This document shows, piece by piece, positions 9,108 to 19,485 of a stretch of 64,000 bases of DNA; positions within the stretch are counted from its first letter, which is position 1, and every line of letters starts with the position of its first letter. Position numbers and translations under genes: made by a program. Under the pieces are notes generated by a model. The model searched no databases and was not told the DNA's origin. It saw nothing but the letters and a program-made list of their open reading frames with translations. Source of the DNA: Acidobacteriota bacterium (GTDB lineage Bacteria; Acidobacteriota; CAIWXX01); assembly GCA_040755995.1 (NCBI GenBank), contig JBFMAF010000023.1, forward strand, positions 224,001 to 288,000, in the 5' to 3' direction.

Positions 9108-11318
9108 ATGAACGAATGGGGTGCCGAAGGAGTCCAGCCGGTCGAGGAGATCAATCTCCGCGACTATTGGGTGATCGTCCGGAAGAGGCGCTGGATCATT
9201 CTCACCAGCGTCATCGTCGTCGCGCTACTCGGCACGCTATACAGCCTGATGCAGCGTCCGGCATATAGAGCCACGGCCACGCTGCTCATCGACAAGGAGC
9301 TCAACATCCTCAGCAGTATGGAAGGATTCTATTACGACGCCTGGTACGTTCAGAGCGAGTACCTCCAGACTCAGTACAAGCTGCTCCAGAGCCGCACGCT
9401 CGCCGAACGCGTCGTCGAGAGGCTGAAGCTGGATCAGAATCCTGAGTTCGGATTCGACCCCGCCGATAAGAAGGCGGATCCTGCGGAGGCGGCCGAGCGG
9501 AGGGGCGGAATCGCCGGTCTGGTGCAGGCAGTGATCCAGGTAGCGCCGGTGAAGGACACCAGGCTTGTGAACGTCAGCTACACGGCGAACGATCCGGCGT
9601 TGGCGGCAACAATCGCCAACAGCCTGGTCAACACGTTCATCGAGATGGATATCGAGCGGAAGTACCAGGCAACCGAACAGGCCAGCGCCTTCCTGACAGA
9701 ACAGGTGTCGGATCTGCGCAAGACGATCGCCAACCTCGAGCGGCAGCTCCAGGACTACTCCGTGAAAAAGAGCATCGTGGCCCTCAGCGACAAGGAGACC
9801 ACGATCGTGGAGAAACTCGGCGATCTGAACCGGGCTCTCACCGAGGCGCAGATCGACCGGGTGCGCAAGGAAGCCGTCTACAAGCAGCTCTCAGGTGCCG
9901 CGCCGGACGCCCTGCAGGATGTCCCCGGCAACGAGGTCTTCAAGAGCACGAAAGAAGACTACGTGCGATTGCAGCGCGAATACCAGAAGAAGGGAGAGAT
10001 CTTCAAGCCGGAGTACCCGGAAATGATCGCGCTGAAGGCGGAGCTGGATAACGCGCGGCGGGCGGTGGAGGCTGAAGCCAGGAACCTCGCCAGCAGCGCG
10101 TACGCCGACTACCAGGCGGCGCTCAAGAAGGAACAGGCGCTCGCCTCGATGTTCGACGATCAGAAGTCCGAGGCCACGCAGCTCAACAGCGCCGCCATCC
10201 AGTACAACAGCATAAAGATCGAGATCGACAACAAGAAGCGCCTCATGGAGGAGCTGCTGACGAAGCAGAGCGAGACCGGGATCTCGGCGCGGCTCCGCGG
10301 CCTGCGCACGTCCAACATCCGTGTGGTCGACCGGGCCGAGGTGCCCAAGGTTCCAATCGGCCCCAGAACCAGGCGGAACGCTCTGCTCTCGATTCTGCTT
10401 GGGCTCTTCGCGGGCCTCGGCCTCGCGTTCCTCATCGAGCACCTGGATAGCTCGGTGAAGAGTACGGAGGAGGTCGAGAGGATAGCGGCCCTGCCGGCTC
10501 TGGGCGTCATCCCTGCGCTCAACCCAGACTCCAACCGCAACGGTTATTACTACTACTATTACAGGCGGCGGACACCCGGGGCCGGCAAGAGCGCGAAGCC
10601 GGCCGTCGACCAGCCGAAATCGATCGACCTCATCCCTTTGACGGCCTCGCGATCGAACATCGCCGAGGCGTATCGGGCCGTCCGTACCGCTGTTCTGATG
10701 GCGTCGGTCGACAATCCGCACCGGGTGTTCATCGTGACCTCCGCGCTGCCGAGCGAGGGCAAGTCCGCGACGGCATCGAACCTGGCCGCTTCGCTGACGC
10801 AAGCGGACAAGAAGGTGCTGCTGCTCGACCTGGACCTCCGCAAGCCGCGCCTCCACCGGATCCTCGGAATGAAGAACGTCAACGGTCTCACCAACTACCT
10901 TTCCGGCGCGGCAGAATACATGAGCATCGTGAGACCCACGAAGGTCCCGGGTCTCTTCCTGGTCTCCTCGGGACCCCTGCCGCCCAACCCGGCAGAGCTG
11001 CTGCATTCGCAGAAGATGGCGGAGCTGATGAGCAGCTTGCGCCAACACTTCGACTACGTGCTGATCGATTCGCCGCCGATGCTGACCGTCACCGACGCCC
11101 TCGTGATCGCCCCCCGGACCGACGGCGTGCTGCTCGTCGTCTGGGGTGGCAAGACGTCCCGCGAGGCGCTCAAACGGGCCCGCGAGAAAATGGACCTCCT
11201 GAAAGTCCATTGCATCGGCGTCGTCCTGAACAACATCGACCTCGAACGCCACGATTACTACTACCGGCATCACTACTACCACTACTACTACGCAGATCAG
11301 GAGCAGGGTAAATCGTAG
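9108..11318 (+). CDS. wzc: Polysaccharide co-polymerase / BY tyrosine autokinase
   Basis: Wzz-like N-terminus, coiled coil, 'TSALPSEGKS', 'DLDLRKP', 'IDSPP', C-terminal Tyr cluster. Confidence 0.95.
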   Translation: MNEWGAEGVQPVEEINLRDYWVIVRKRRWIILTSVIVVALLGTLYSLMQRPAYRATATLLIDKELNILSSMEGFYYDAWYVQSEYLQTQYKLLQSRTLAERVVERLKLDQNPEFGFDPADKKADPAEAAERRGGIAGLVQAVIQVAPVKDTRLVNVSYTANDPALAATIANSLVNTFIEMDIERKYQATEQASAFLTEQVSDLRKTIANLERQLQDYSVKKSIVALSDKETTIVEKLGDLNRALTEAQIDRVRKEAVYKQLSGAAPDALQDVPGNEVFKSTKEDYVRLQREYQKKGEIFKPEYPEMIALKAELDNARRAVEAEARNLASSAYADYQAALKKEQALASMFDDQKSEATQLNSAAIQYNSIKIEIDNKKRLMEELLTKQSETGISARLRGLRTSNIRVVDRAEVPKVPIGPRTRRNALLSILLGLFAGLGLAFLIEHLDSSVKSTEEVERIAALPALGVIPALNPDSNRNGYYYYYYRRRTPGAGKSAKPAVDQPKSIDLIPLTASRSNIAEAYRAVRTAVLMASVDNPHRVFIVTSALPSEGKSATASNLAASLTQADKKVLLLDLDLRKPRLHRILGMKNVNGLTNYLSGAAEYMSIVRPTKVPGLFLVSSGPLPPNPAELLHSQKMAELMSSLRQHFDYVLIDSPPMLTVTDALVIAPRTDGVLLVVWGGKTSREALKRAREKMDLLKVHCIGVVLNNIDLERHDYYYRHHYYHYYYADQEQGKS

Positions 11319-11544
11319 GCGTTCGTTTGGCGTTGGCCGCGCTGCTCTCTGCTCCCTACGCGGTGACGCGGTGAAGGGCCGGTGACGGGGTCATGAATTC
11401 CTTATCACTCTGGCTCCGCTTCTCGGTTTCCCTCCTCACCGTTTCCCCGTTTCTCCGTTTCCCCGGCTCGGCTGCAACACGCCGCAGCCTATCCCGTGCA
11501 ACAGTTGGACCGATAGAACGATTCATGCCGTATAATAGGGTGCA

Positions 11545-12225
11545 ATGGTCCAGTTCTTCCACGTCTACAAACAGTATGATCGCGACACGACCGCGCTCAC
11601 GGATATCAATCTGCAGATTCGGCGAGGCGAGTTTGTGTTCGTCACGGGGCCCAGCGGAGCCGGGAAGACGACCCTGTTGCGGCTGGTCTTCCGCGACGAG
11701 CTGCCCAGCAAGGGGCAGATCCTGGTGGCGGGACGCAACATTGGTGTGATGCCCATCGGCAAGCTCTATCGCCTGCGGCGGAACATAGGGGTGGTTTTCC
11801 AGGACTTCAAGCTGCTGAAGCGGCGCACGGTGATCGAGAACATCTGCTTCGCGCTGCAGATCGTGGCCGTGCCGGTGCGCGCGCAGAGGCAGCGTGCCTT
11901 CGCCATCCTCAAGATGGTGGGCCTGCAGCACAAGATGCAGTCTCATCCTCTGCAGCTTTCGGGTGGGGAACAGCAGCGGGTCGCGATTGCCCGCGCTCTG
12001 GTGAACGAGCCTCCGTTGCTGCTCGCCGACGAGCCCACCGGCAACCTGGACCCGGAGCTTTCGCAGGAGATCATGCGGATCTTCGGCGACATCAACGTTC
12101 ACGGCACCACGGTGGTCGTGGCGACGCACAACCGCGAGATCATCCGGGCGATGGGCAAGCGCACGGTGACGCTTGACCGCGGCCGTGTGGTAGACGATAC
12201 CGGGAAGCCGTCCGAGGCGGCATGA
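11545..12225 (+). CDS. ftsE: Cell division ATP-binding protein
   Basis: GPSGAGKT, '[11 protein letters not shown]', [18 protein letters not shown]; precedes ftsX. Confidence 0.95.
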   Translation: MVQFFHVYKQYDRDTTALTDINLQIRRGEFVFVTGPSGAGKTTLLRLVFRDELPSKGQILVAGRNIGVMPIGKLYRLRRNIGVVFQDFKLLKRRTVIENICFALQIVAVPVRAQRQRAFAILKMVGLQHKMQSHPLQLSGGEQQRVAIARALVNEPPLLLADEPTGNLDPELSQEIMRIFGDINVHGTTVVVATHNREIIRAMGKRTVTLDRGRVVDDTGKPSEAA

Positions 12226-13124
12226 TCCTTTTTCAGAACTTCCGATACTTCCTCTCAGAGGCGCTGCACAGCCTCTGGCGGAGCCGCGCGCGCAACCTGC
12301 TGTCGCTCGCCACCATCACCATCTCGCTTGCAGTCACCGGGGTCTTCCTGTATCTCTCTCTGAACGCGCGCGCCGTGGTGCGGGCGTGGGTGCGTGACAT
12401 TCCGATGATCTTCTTCCTGAGGGAGGGCACGAGCGAGGCGGAGGTGCATCGGCTGCGCGAGAAGTTCATGAGCAATCCCATGGTGCAGCGGGTCAGCTAC
12501 GTCTCCCCGGCCGACGCGCTGGCCCGGTTCAGGACCGCCTACGCGCGCTTCGCCGACCTCAGCGCCGAGCTCGGCGAGAACCCGTTTCCGGCTTCGTTCG
12601 AGGTCAAGCTCGGTGCGGGGGCCTCGCGCGCCGCGATGCAGTCGATCGTGGACGAGATGAGGCAGCAGCGCAGCGTGAGCGACGTGCAGTTCGATGAGGC
12701 GTGGGTGAAACGGCTCGACGCCTCGCTGCTGCTCGTGGACGCAGCCGGCATCTTCCTCGGCGGCATCCTGATGCTGGCCTCGATCTTCACCATCTCGAAC
12801 GTCATCCGCCTGAACATATACAGCTACCAGGAGGAGATCGAGATCATGATGCTGGTAGGGGCGACCCTGGGCTTCATCCGCGCCCCGTTCCTGATCGAGG
12901 GAGCCATCCAGGGCCTGTTCGGCGGCGCCCTCTCCCTCGGCGCCTTGGCCGTCCTGCTGCAGGGCTTCTTACGCTACGTGGCGCCGCTGAATCCGCTGAT
13001 ATCCTCGTTCGTCAAGATCCAATTCCTGCCGTTCAACGCCTGCATCGCCGTCATCCTCGGCGGCATGATCATGGGGCTGATTGGGAGCGCCACCTCGGTG
13101 GGGAAGGTGGTTAGAGAGACGTGA
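12222..13124 (+). CDS. ftsX: Cell division permease
   Basis: 'ENPFPASFEV', 'EIEIMMLVGAT..FIRAPF.IEG'; ATGA overlap with ftsE. Confidence 0.95.
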   Translation: MILFQNFRYFLSEALHSLWRSRARNLLSLATITISLAVTGVFLYLSLNARAVVRAWVRDIPMIFFLREGTSEAEVHRLREKFMSNPMVQRVSYVSPADALARFRTAYARFADLSAELGENPFPASFEVKLGAGASRAAMQSIVDEMRQQRSVSDVQFDEAWVKRLDASLLLVDAAGIFLGGILMLASIFTISNVIRLNIYSYQEEIEIMMLVGATLGFIRAPFLIEGAIQGLFGGALSLGALAVLLQGFLRYVAPLNPLISSFVKIQFLPFNACIAVILGGMIMGLIGSATSVGKVVRET

Positions 13125-13272
13125 GGATCTCAGATTTCAGATTCCAGATTCCAGATTTCGGATTGGCCGCACCGCATTCGGCATCGCTGAATCGGGCTTC
13201 TGCACTCCGCACTCGGCATTCCGCTTCGGCTTGTATCGCTATTCCGCATTCCGCATTCCGCATTCCGCATTC

Positions 13273-14439
13273 ATGAGACGCCCCTTCTACCTCCGCTTGC
13301 TGCTTTTCCTACTGAAGTGGCTCTTCGTTCCGATCTGCCTCTTTGTCGCCGCCGTCGTCGGGCTCTATTTCGCCGTACGGAACAATGTTCCGGACATCTC
13401 GCCGCTCAAGAGCTTCACCCCGCTTGCCACGACCCGGCTCTTCGATCGGGGCGGCGCGCTGATCGCCCAGTTCCAGGACCCGCGGATCCGCTTGTGGGTA
13501 ACGCTGGACAAGGTGCCGAAGGAGGTCATTGATGCTGTCACGTGCGCCGAGGACCCCAACTTCTTCACGCACGGGGGTGTCGACGTACCTGCCATCTGGG
13601 AAGCGCTGAAGATCGACATCCAGCACATGGCCTATGTCCGGGGAGCATCGACAATCACGCAGCAGCTCATGAAGAACCTCTTCCTGTCGCGCGAGAAGAC
13701 CCTGACCAGGAAGATCAAGGAAGTCGTACTATCGACAAACGTCGAGAACTTGATTACCAAGCGCGAGATCCTCGAGCAGTACTTGAACCAGGTGGAATGG
13801 GGAGAGAACCTGCATGGGATCGAAGCGGCGAGCCGGTATTATTTTGGCAAACCCGTCGAGTCGCTCCGCATGGACCAGGGGGCGCTCCTGGCCGGCATGC
13901 TACCCAACCCCAAGTACTACAACCCATACACAAACCTGTCGAAGCTTCGGGTCCGCCAACGCATCATCCTGGGGCTCATGTGGAAGTACCACAAGATCAG
14001 CAAGCCACAGTACGAGGAGGCCATTGCGCGCCCGGTTGTGCTGGCCACGACGAAGACGCGGCCATACGTGGCCTCGGAACTCAAGGAGCGCTACCGCACC
14101 AAGCCGGTTGGCTACCGCCTGATCATCGAGGACACGATCGAGGACTACCTCGGCCCCTTCAGGCTCTGGCAGGGCGGCCTGACGCTCCACACCACCCTCG
14201 ACCTCGACACCGTGAAGCAGGCCGAGAGATTCTTGGGCAAACCCGAGAGGCTGATACGGCGCCGCTTCGCATTGCTGCGCAAGGGCGGCGCCGTCGTCGG
14301 AATCGCCACGGCCCCCACCAAGAGCTCTGACCCGAAGTTCGATGTTTGGATCAAGGAGCGGGGGATCGTGGTCGAGATAGTAACGGATCGGATTCCGTGG
14401 GACCAGATTCTGGTGGCTCCCAGAACGGAGGCAAAATGA
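13273..14439 (+). CDS. Peptidoglycan glycosyltransferase (GT51) lacking a transpeptidase domain
   Basis: EDxxFxxHxG, GASTITQQL, RKxxE, KxxILExYLN motifs; N-terminal TM. Confidence 0.9.
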   Translation: MRRPFYLRLLLFLLKWLFVPICLFVAAVVGLYFAVRNNVPDISPLKSFTPLATTRLFDRGGALIAQFQDPRIRLWVTLDKVPKEVIDAVTCAEDPNFFTHGGVDVPAIWEALKIDIQHMAYVRGASTITQQLMKNLFLSREKTLTRKIKEVVLSTNVENLITKREILEQYLNQVEWGENLHGIEAASRYYFGKPVESLRMDQGALLAGMLPNPKYYNPYTNLSKLRVRQRIILGLMWKYHKISKPQYEEAIARPVVLATTKTRPYVASELKERYRTKPVGYRLIIEDTIEDYLGPFRLWQGGLTLHTTLDLDTVKQAERFLGKPERLIRRRFALLRKGGAVVGIATAPTKSSDPKFDVWIKERGIVVEIVTDRIPWDQILVAPRTEAK

Positions 14440-15701
14440 GAGCGGATTTCGTGCTGGAGAACATAGGTGAGCTTGTGACGCCGATCGGTCCGGCGCCGCT
14501 CTGCGGCCCGGCGGCATCCGAGCTTCGCGTCGTCCCCAAGGCCCTTGTCGCCTCCCTCAACGGACGCATAGTCTATGCCGGGACGCGCGCGGGGGCCGAT
14601 ATCGAGCTCATGCCGGGCGCCAGGCGGCTGGACGCCCGAGGGAAGGCGGTGCTGCCGGGGTTCGTAGATTGTCACACACACCTGCCGTTCGCCGGGGACC
14701 GGTCGTACGAGTTCCTTCTCCGCATGCAGGGCAAGACCTACCAGGAGATCGCCGCGGCCGGCGGCGGCATCAACAGCACCGTGAAGGCTACGCGGGAGGC
14801 CTCCGAATGGGACCTCCAGGCCCTGGCGGAATCGCGGGTGGACCGCGCCTTGCTCCACGGCACCACCGCCATGGAGGCGAAGAGCGGCTACGGGCTTGAC
14901 CTTGAGAACGAGCTGAAGCAACTCCGGGTTTGCCGGAAGATCGCCGCAACACACGTAATGACGATCATCCCAACGTGCATGTGCGCGCACGATTTCCCGC
15001 CGGAGTACCGGCTGCAGCGCGAGAAGTACGTCGAAGTGATCTGCGAGGAGATTCTGCCCGAGGTTCGCCGGCAGGGATTGGCCGATTTCTTCGACGTGTT
15101 CGTCGAAGAAGGCGTGTATACGCGCGCCCAGGCTACACTGCTCTGCACGCGAGCGAAGGATCTGGGGTTCCAACTGAAGATACACGCGGACGAGCTGAGC
15201 GACACGGGTGGAGCCGGACTGGCAGCCGAGCTCGGAGCCATCTCGGCCGAGCACCTGCTGTACGCGTCCAAGGCCGGGATCCGAGAGATGGCTGCCGCGC
15301 ACGTCGTGGCGGTGCTGCTGCCGGGAGTCCCGTTCTTCCTGATGATGGACCGGCACGCTCCTGCGCGCGCGATGATCGAGGCCGGGGTCGCCGTGGCTCT
15401 CGCCACCGACCTCAACCCGGGCAGCTCCTACACCGAGTCCATGCCCGCGATCATGCAGCTCGCCTGCTTCAGAATGAAGCTGAAGGTGGAAGAAGCGCTG
15501 GTCGCGGCCACGCTCAACGCGGCGCGGGCCATCCGGCGGGATCAGGACATAGGCAGCATCGAGATCGGCAAACAGATGGACGCCGTCGTGCTCAACAGCG
15601 CCTCATACGTCGACCTGATATACCACTTCGGCGTAGACCCGGTGGCCTCGGTGATCAAGGGAGGCCGCGTTGTGGTTCAGGACGGCTGGATGGTCAGCTG
15701 A
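14436..15701 (+). CDS. hutI: Imidazolonepropionase
   Basis: 'PGFVDCHTH', 'GGGINSTV', 'KSGYGL', 'HADEL', 'ATDLNPGS'. Confidence 0.95.
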   Translation: MRADFVLENIGELVTPIGPAPLCGPAASELRVVPKALVASLNGRIVYAGTRAGADIELMPGARRLDARGKAVLPGFVDCHTHLPFAGDRSYEFLLRMQGKTYQEIAAAGGGINSTVKATREASEWDLQALAESRVDRALLHGTTAMEAKSGYGLDLENELKQLRVCRKIAATHVMTIIPTCMCAHDFPPEYRLQREKYVEVICEEILPEVRRQGLADFFDVFVEEGVYTRAQATLLCTRAKDLGFQLKIHADELSDTGGAGLAAELGAISAEHLLYASKAGIREMAAAHVVAVLLPGVPFFLMMDRHAPARAMIEAGVAVALATDLNPGSSYTESMPAIMQLACFRMKLKVEEALVAATLNAARAIRRDQDIGSIEIGKQMDAVVLNSASYVDLIYHFGVDPVASVIKGGRVVVQDGWMVS

Positions 15702-15802
15702 GAGTTGTCAGTTGGCGCAACACCACCGACCCCGGCGCGCAACTGGCAACTGCTTCCTCACTCGTCGGCCAGCGCCGTTCGTTTACCACCGACTGACAAC
15801 TA

Positions 15803-16396
15803 TCAACTGACAACTGCCAGCTGTTTTCTCAGCGTGTCTGCTTCCGCCTTGAGCTCACTCACGACCTGCTGGTCCTTGATGGACGGAATGTTGATATCGA
15901 CGTTGGCGAGGCCGCCGATGAGACCGGTGCGCGCGAGCTCGCGGGCGACGGTCCAGTCGCTGCGTATCGAATCGAGGACGTCGGAGGAAACGGCGTCGAG
16001 TCGCGCGAGCAGCTCGGAGCAGGTCCTGGCCGTTCTCATTGGCACCCTGGCGGCCTCGATCGAGGCCTGTTGTATCGCGGCCGAGCGCGCCGCCTTTTCG
16101 ATCTCGGTGCCCTTCGGAAGCTTGAAGGCCGCCATCACGGCGTCGTAGGCAGAGCTGTCCTGGTCCATCAGGTCGCCGAGCGTTGCGGCGGCTGCCGGCA
16201 TCGCTGCTGCCACATCGGCCAGCGCGTCATGGTCGGGCTTCTTCTTGAGAGAGATCCTGGCCACCATTTCCAGCAGCGAGGCCGATAGCATGCCGGCGAG
16301 GGCTGCCGCCGTGCCGCCGCCCGGAGTGGGATCGCTGGATGCAAGCTTCAGGGTGAAATCGACGATCCGGCAGTTGACGAATTTCTCTTGTTTCAT
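15803..16396 (-). CDS. Formiminotetrahydrofolate cyclodeaminase/cyclohydrolase (FTCD_C family)
   Basis: 'S..PTPGGG.AAA', 'A.KLPK', 'NV.IN' motifs. Confidence 0.9.
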   Translation of the reverse strand: MKQEKFVNCRIVDFTLKLASSDPTPGGGTAAALAGMLSASLLEMVARISLKKKPDHDALADVAAAMPAAAATLGDLMDQDSSAYDAVMAAFKLPKGTEIEKAARSAAIQQASIEAARVPMRTARTCSELLARLDAVSSDVLDSIRSDWTVARELARTGLIGGLANVDINIPSIKDQQVVSELKAEADTLRKQLAVVS

Positions 16397-16504
16397 GATG
16401 CCTCCGATCAGGGTCCTCTATTGCGGGCAGACGAGCGCGGGATGGACGCGGGGAACCAAAGGGGCCCTGCTCACCGCGTCTCCGTGTCCTCGCGTCTCGG
16501 CGTC

Positions 16505-16933
16505 TCAGATCTTCTTGAAAAGGGCGTCAAACGCCTGGCGTGGGTCGGAGGGAGTGCTGGACGAGTCGATCGAGATATCGACGGTGATCTTCGGCTTGAA
16601 GAGCTTGCACATGTTGGCGACCCGTTTCGATTCGATCGGTTCCTCCAGCGGTTGGCTGCACTCGAAGCGTACGGAGGGATCGAAGAAGCGGCAGTTGATG
16701 CACGAGTGTATGTCTGCGCCGCAGCTTGCGCATTTCTCGCCGGGTGTGAGAACGTCCGGGAGCGCCTGGGAGTTGCCGCAGCTCGCGCACCTGAACAGGC
16801 GCCTGGCGGTGCGCGGCTCGGGGACGCGAATCACGGGATCGGTCTTGCTCCTCGGCTGGCGCGGCCGGCGCGCGGCGGGCTTGGGCCTGCCGGAGTCCAT
16901 GTAGCCGCGCTGGCGATATTTCTGGGGGGCCAT
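16505..16933 (-). CDS. Cys-rich (zinc-ribbon) hypothetical protein
   Basis: CASCG twice, CINC, C-terminal 'AFDALFK'; starts 3 nt after mglA. Confidence 0.75.
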   Translation of the reverse strand: MAPQKYRQRGYMDSGRPKPAARRPRQPRSKTDPVIRVPEPRTARRLFRCASCGNSQALPDVLTPGEKCASCGADIHSCINCRFFDPSVRFECSQPLEEPIESKRVANMCKLFKPKITVDISIDSSSTPSDPRQAFDALFKKI

Positions 16934-16936
16934 GGT

Positions 16937-17521
16937 TCACCCCTTCCGCAGTTCGACCAGGATCAGCTTGACCGTGGCCTTGAGCGTTTCGAAGACGCCC
17001 AGGCCCTGAGGGGCGACGGCCTCGATGACGGGCTCGCCCTTCTTCATCAGCTCCGCCGCCAACACCTGTGCAGGCGCAGCTGATGGCAGGTCGCGCTTGT
17101 TCAGTTGGAGCACGTACGGGATGGCCATTAGGTCGAAACCCTGGCTCTTGAGGTTGATGTCGAGGTTCTGGAGGCTTTCGATATTGGCCTCCCGGCGTTC
17201 CTCCTGCGAATCCGCCACGAAGATCACGCCGTCCACCCCCTTCAGGATGAGCCTGCGGCTCGCGTCGTAGAACACCTGTCCGGGGACGGTGTAGAGGTGG
17301 AAGCGAGTCTTGAAGCCGCGGACGGTGCCGAGGTCGAGGGGGAGGAAGTCGAAGAAGAGAGTGCGGTCGGTCTCGGTGGCGAGCGAGATAAGTCGTCCCT
17401 TGGCGTTGGGGTGGGTCTTGTCGTAGATGTACTGAAGGTTGGTGGTCTTGCCGCAGAGGCCGGGGCCGTAGTATACGATCTTGCAGTTGACTTCCCGTGC
17501 GGCGTAATTGATGAACGTCAT
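16937..17521 (-). CDS. mglA: MglA small GTPase
   Basis: '[16 protein letters not shown]', 'TDRTLFFDF', 'YTVPGQVFY', NKRD. Confidence 0.97.
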   Translation of the reverse strand: MTFINYAAREVNCKIVYYGPGLCGKTTNLQYIYDKTHPNAKGRLISLATETDRTLFFDFLPLDLGTVRGFKTRFHLYTVPGQVFYDASRRLILKGVDGVIFVADSQEERREANIESLQNLDINLKSQGFDLMAIPYVLQLNKRDLPSAAPAQVLAAELMKKGEPVIEAVAPQGLGVFETLKATVKLILVELRKG

Positions 17522-17539
17522 CGAAAGGTCGTGACGGGG

Positions 17540-18040
17540 TCAGGCCGAGAAGAGGTTGTCGATGTCCTCGTCGGTGATCTCCGAGAATGGCGATTCGAAC
17601 CCCGTCCCCAGCGCCTCCTTCTCTTTCTCTGCCTTGGCGAGAATCTGGTCGAACACATGGGTCAACTCCACGCTGGCCTTCTTTACGCGCAGGCGAACGA
17701 GACCCAGGCTGCTGCGGTCATCGAAGATGACCACGAGAATGATGCGCTGGGCCACGATGGTGATGTGGATGTTGTCCTTCTGGCCTTCGCCGTGGATGAC
17801 CAGAAACTCCTTCTCGCCAATCAGCTTCGCTAGCCCATCGGATGCGGCCACGTTGCCTGCCGTCAGTGAGGCCAATGAGGTCGTATCGAGGTTCTCGATG
17901 TCCCCGTGGGCGGCGATTGGTTGGCCATTCTTGTCCACGAGGAACACGATCTTCGCATTTGCATCGCTGCGCAGCCGAGCGATGATCTGCTTGAGAAGAT
18001 TGAACTCCTCCTCGTACACGACCATGTTTGGAGAGAGCAT
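17540..18040 (-). CDS. mglB: MglB roadblock/LC7 GAP
   Basis: 'LVDKNGQ', 'TSLASLTAGN', 'SSLGLVRLRVKK', 'ITDEDIDNLF'. Confidence 0.97.
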   Translation of the reverse strand: MLSPNMVVYEEEFNLLKQIIARLRSDANAKIVFLVDKNGQPIAAHGDIENLDTTSLASLTAGNVAASDGLAKLIGEKEFLVIHGEGQKDNIHITIVAQRIILVVIFDDRSSLGLVRLRVKKASVELTHVFDQILAKAEKEKEALGTGFESPFSEITDEDIDNLFSA

Positions 18041-18101
18041 AAACCGAATTCACCTCGCCAGAGTAACGCACTCACCCGATAAGCGGGCTACTGAGACTGG
18101 A

Positions 18102-18130
18102 ATTATATCGAAAGCCCACAGCCAAATCAA
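18102..18130 (-). promoter_or_regulatory. Sigma70-type promoter for mglBA
   Basis: TTGATT-17 nt-TATAAT on the minus strand. Confidence 0.6.
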
Positions 18131-18358
18131 ACCATTCCACGGGGTTGCCGCATGGTTGAGTCAGAACGGATGCCCGGGGCCTCTGCAGCTCCCCGGTGTC
18201 CGACGCTGAGACGCGGGGAGGGAGAGACGCGGAGAGCCGGGTCAAGGCAGTCTCCGTCTCTCCGGTTCGCCGGTTCTCCGCTTCGCCGTTTCCCCGGTTC
18301 TCCGTGCCCCCGCGCCGGCTGCGATGTGCAGCCGTTTTGCGGAGTTCCGATGTCCACC

Positions 18359-18958
18359 TCAAAGCTCCCGTCGTGCCATGAGCGCCCGTGCGAGGGTGAC
18401 CTCGTCCGCGTATTCGAGATCGCCGCCCACCGGGATTCCCATTCCGATGCGGGTGACCTTGCAGCCTGAGGGTTTGATTAGCTTGAGGAGGTACAGGGCG
18501 GTGGCTTCGCCGTCTATGGTCGGGTTCGTGGCGATTATGACCTCGGTTACTCCACCGCTCCGAATCCGGTCCATCAGTCCGGCGACAGCGAGGTCCTCCG
18601 GGTTGACACCGTGGATAGGCGACAGGCTGCCCAGCAGCACGTGGTACAGGCCGCGAAACTCGCCGCTTTTCTCCACGGGCAGCACCGATGAGGGCTCTTC
18701 CACAACACAGATCACCGACCTGTTCCGTCCGGGATCGGCGCAGAAATGGCACAGGTCGCCGACCGCGAAGTAGTTGCACTGTCTGCAACGGTGGACCTGT
18801 CGCTTGGCGTCGAGAAACGCGGTCGACAGCGACTCGACCTGTTCCGGCTGCGTCTTCAGCACGTGGAAGACTATCCGCTGGGCGGACTTCGGGCCGATGC
18901 CCGGGAGCCTCTTCAGCTCGTCTACCAGCCGCTCTATGGGTTCCGGGAATACGCCCAT
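18359..18958 (-). CDS. recR: Recombination protein RecR
   Basis: 'LPGIGPKSAQR', C4 zinc finger, Toprim 'ICVVEE', 'GGDLEYAD..TL'. Confidence 0.97.
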   Translation of the reverse strand: MGVFPEPIERLVDELKRLPGIGPKSAQRIVFHVLKTQPEQVESLSTAFLDAKRQVHRCRQCNYFAVGDLCHFCADPGRNRSVICVVEEPSSVLPVEKSGEFRGLYHVLLGSLSPIHGVNPEDLAVAGLMDRIRSGGVTEVIIATNPTIDGEATALYLLKLIKPSGCKVTRIGMGIPVGGDLEYADEVTLARALMARREL

Positions 18959-19122
18959 GGGACTCAGTGATCTCCCTTGCCTGGCGGCGAAAGCTGCGGC
19001 CTGCCTCGGCGGAATCGGAGAAACGGGGAATCGGGGAAGCGGAGAGTGGGCCGGGGCCGCTTCGCGGCCTGTCGGTCTCTTCGCGTCACGACACCAGTCG
19101 GGCGCACAGCCTTGTTCTTGCC

Positions 19123-19428
19123 TCAGAAGCCGGGGAGGTTGAGTGCCGACGCGAAGCCGCTGAGCTGCTGGCGCGCCGATTCGTCCGCCTTGTTCATGGC
19201 GTCGTTGAGCGCCGCCTGGATCAGGTCCTGCAGCATCTCGCGCTCTTCGGGCTTGATCACATCGGGGTCGATCGTGACTGCGAGGACATGCTTGTGGCCG
19301 TCGATCGTGACCTTGACCATGCCGCCGCCGCTCGAGCCTTCAAACCGCTGCTCCGCCATCTGCTGCTGGATCTGCTCCTGCATCTTCTGAGCGGTCTTCA
19401 TCATCTGCTGCAAGTCTTTCAGTCCCAT
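19123..19428 (-). CDS. ybaB: YbaB/EbfC nucleoid-associated protein
   Basis: 'GSSGGGMVKV', 'MLQDLI.AA.N'; lies between dnaX and recR. Confidence 0.95.
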   Translation of the reverse strand: MGLKDLQQMMKTAQKMQEQIQQQMAEQRFEGSSGGGMVKVTIDGHKHVLAVTIDPDVIKPEEREMLQDLIQAALNDAMNKADESARQQLSGFASALNLPGF

Positions 19429-19485
19429 CGCGTTACTCCTTGTGCGCCACGGGATCGGCCTGTAGCAGAACCCCGCAGAGATTCA

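Noticed and set aside
13125..13270. CRISPR array
   Set aside because: Only 7-nt tandem units without unique spacers; no cas genes
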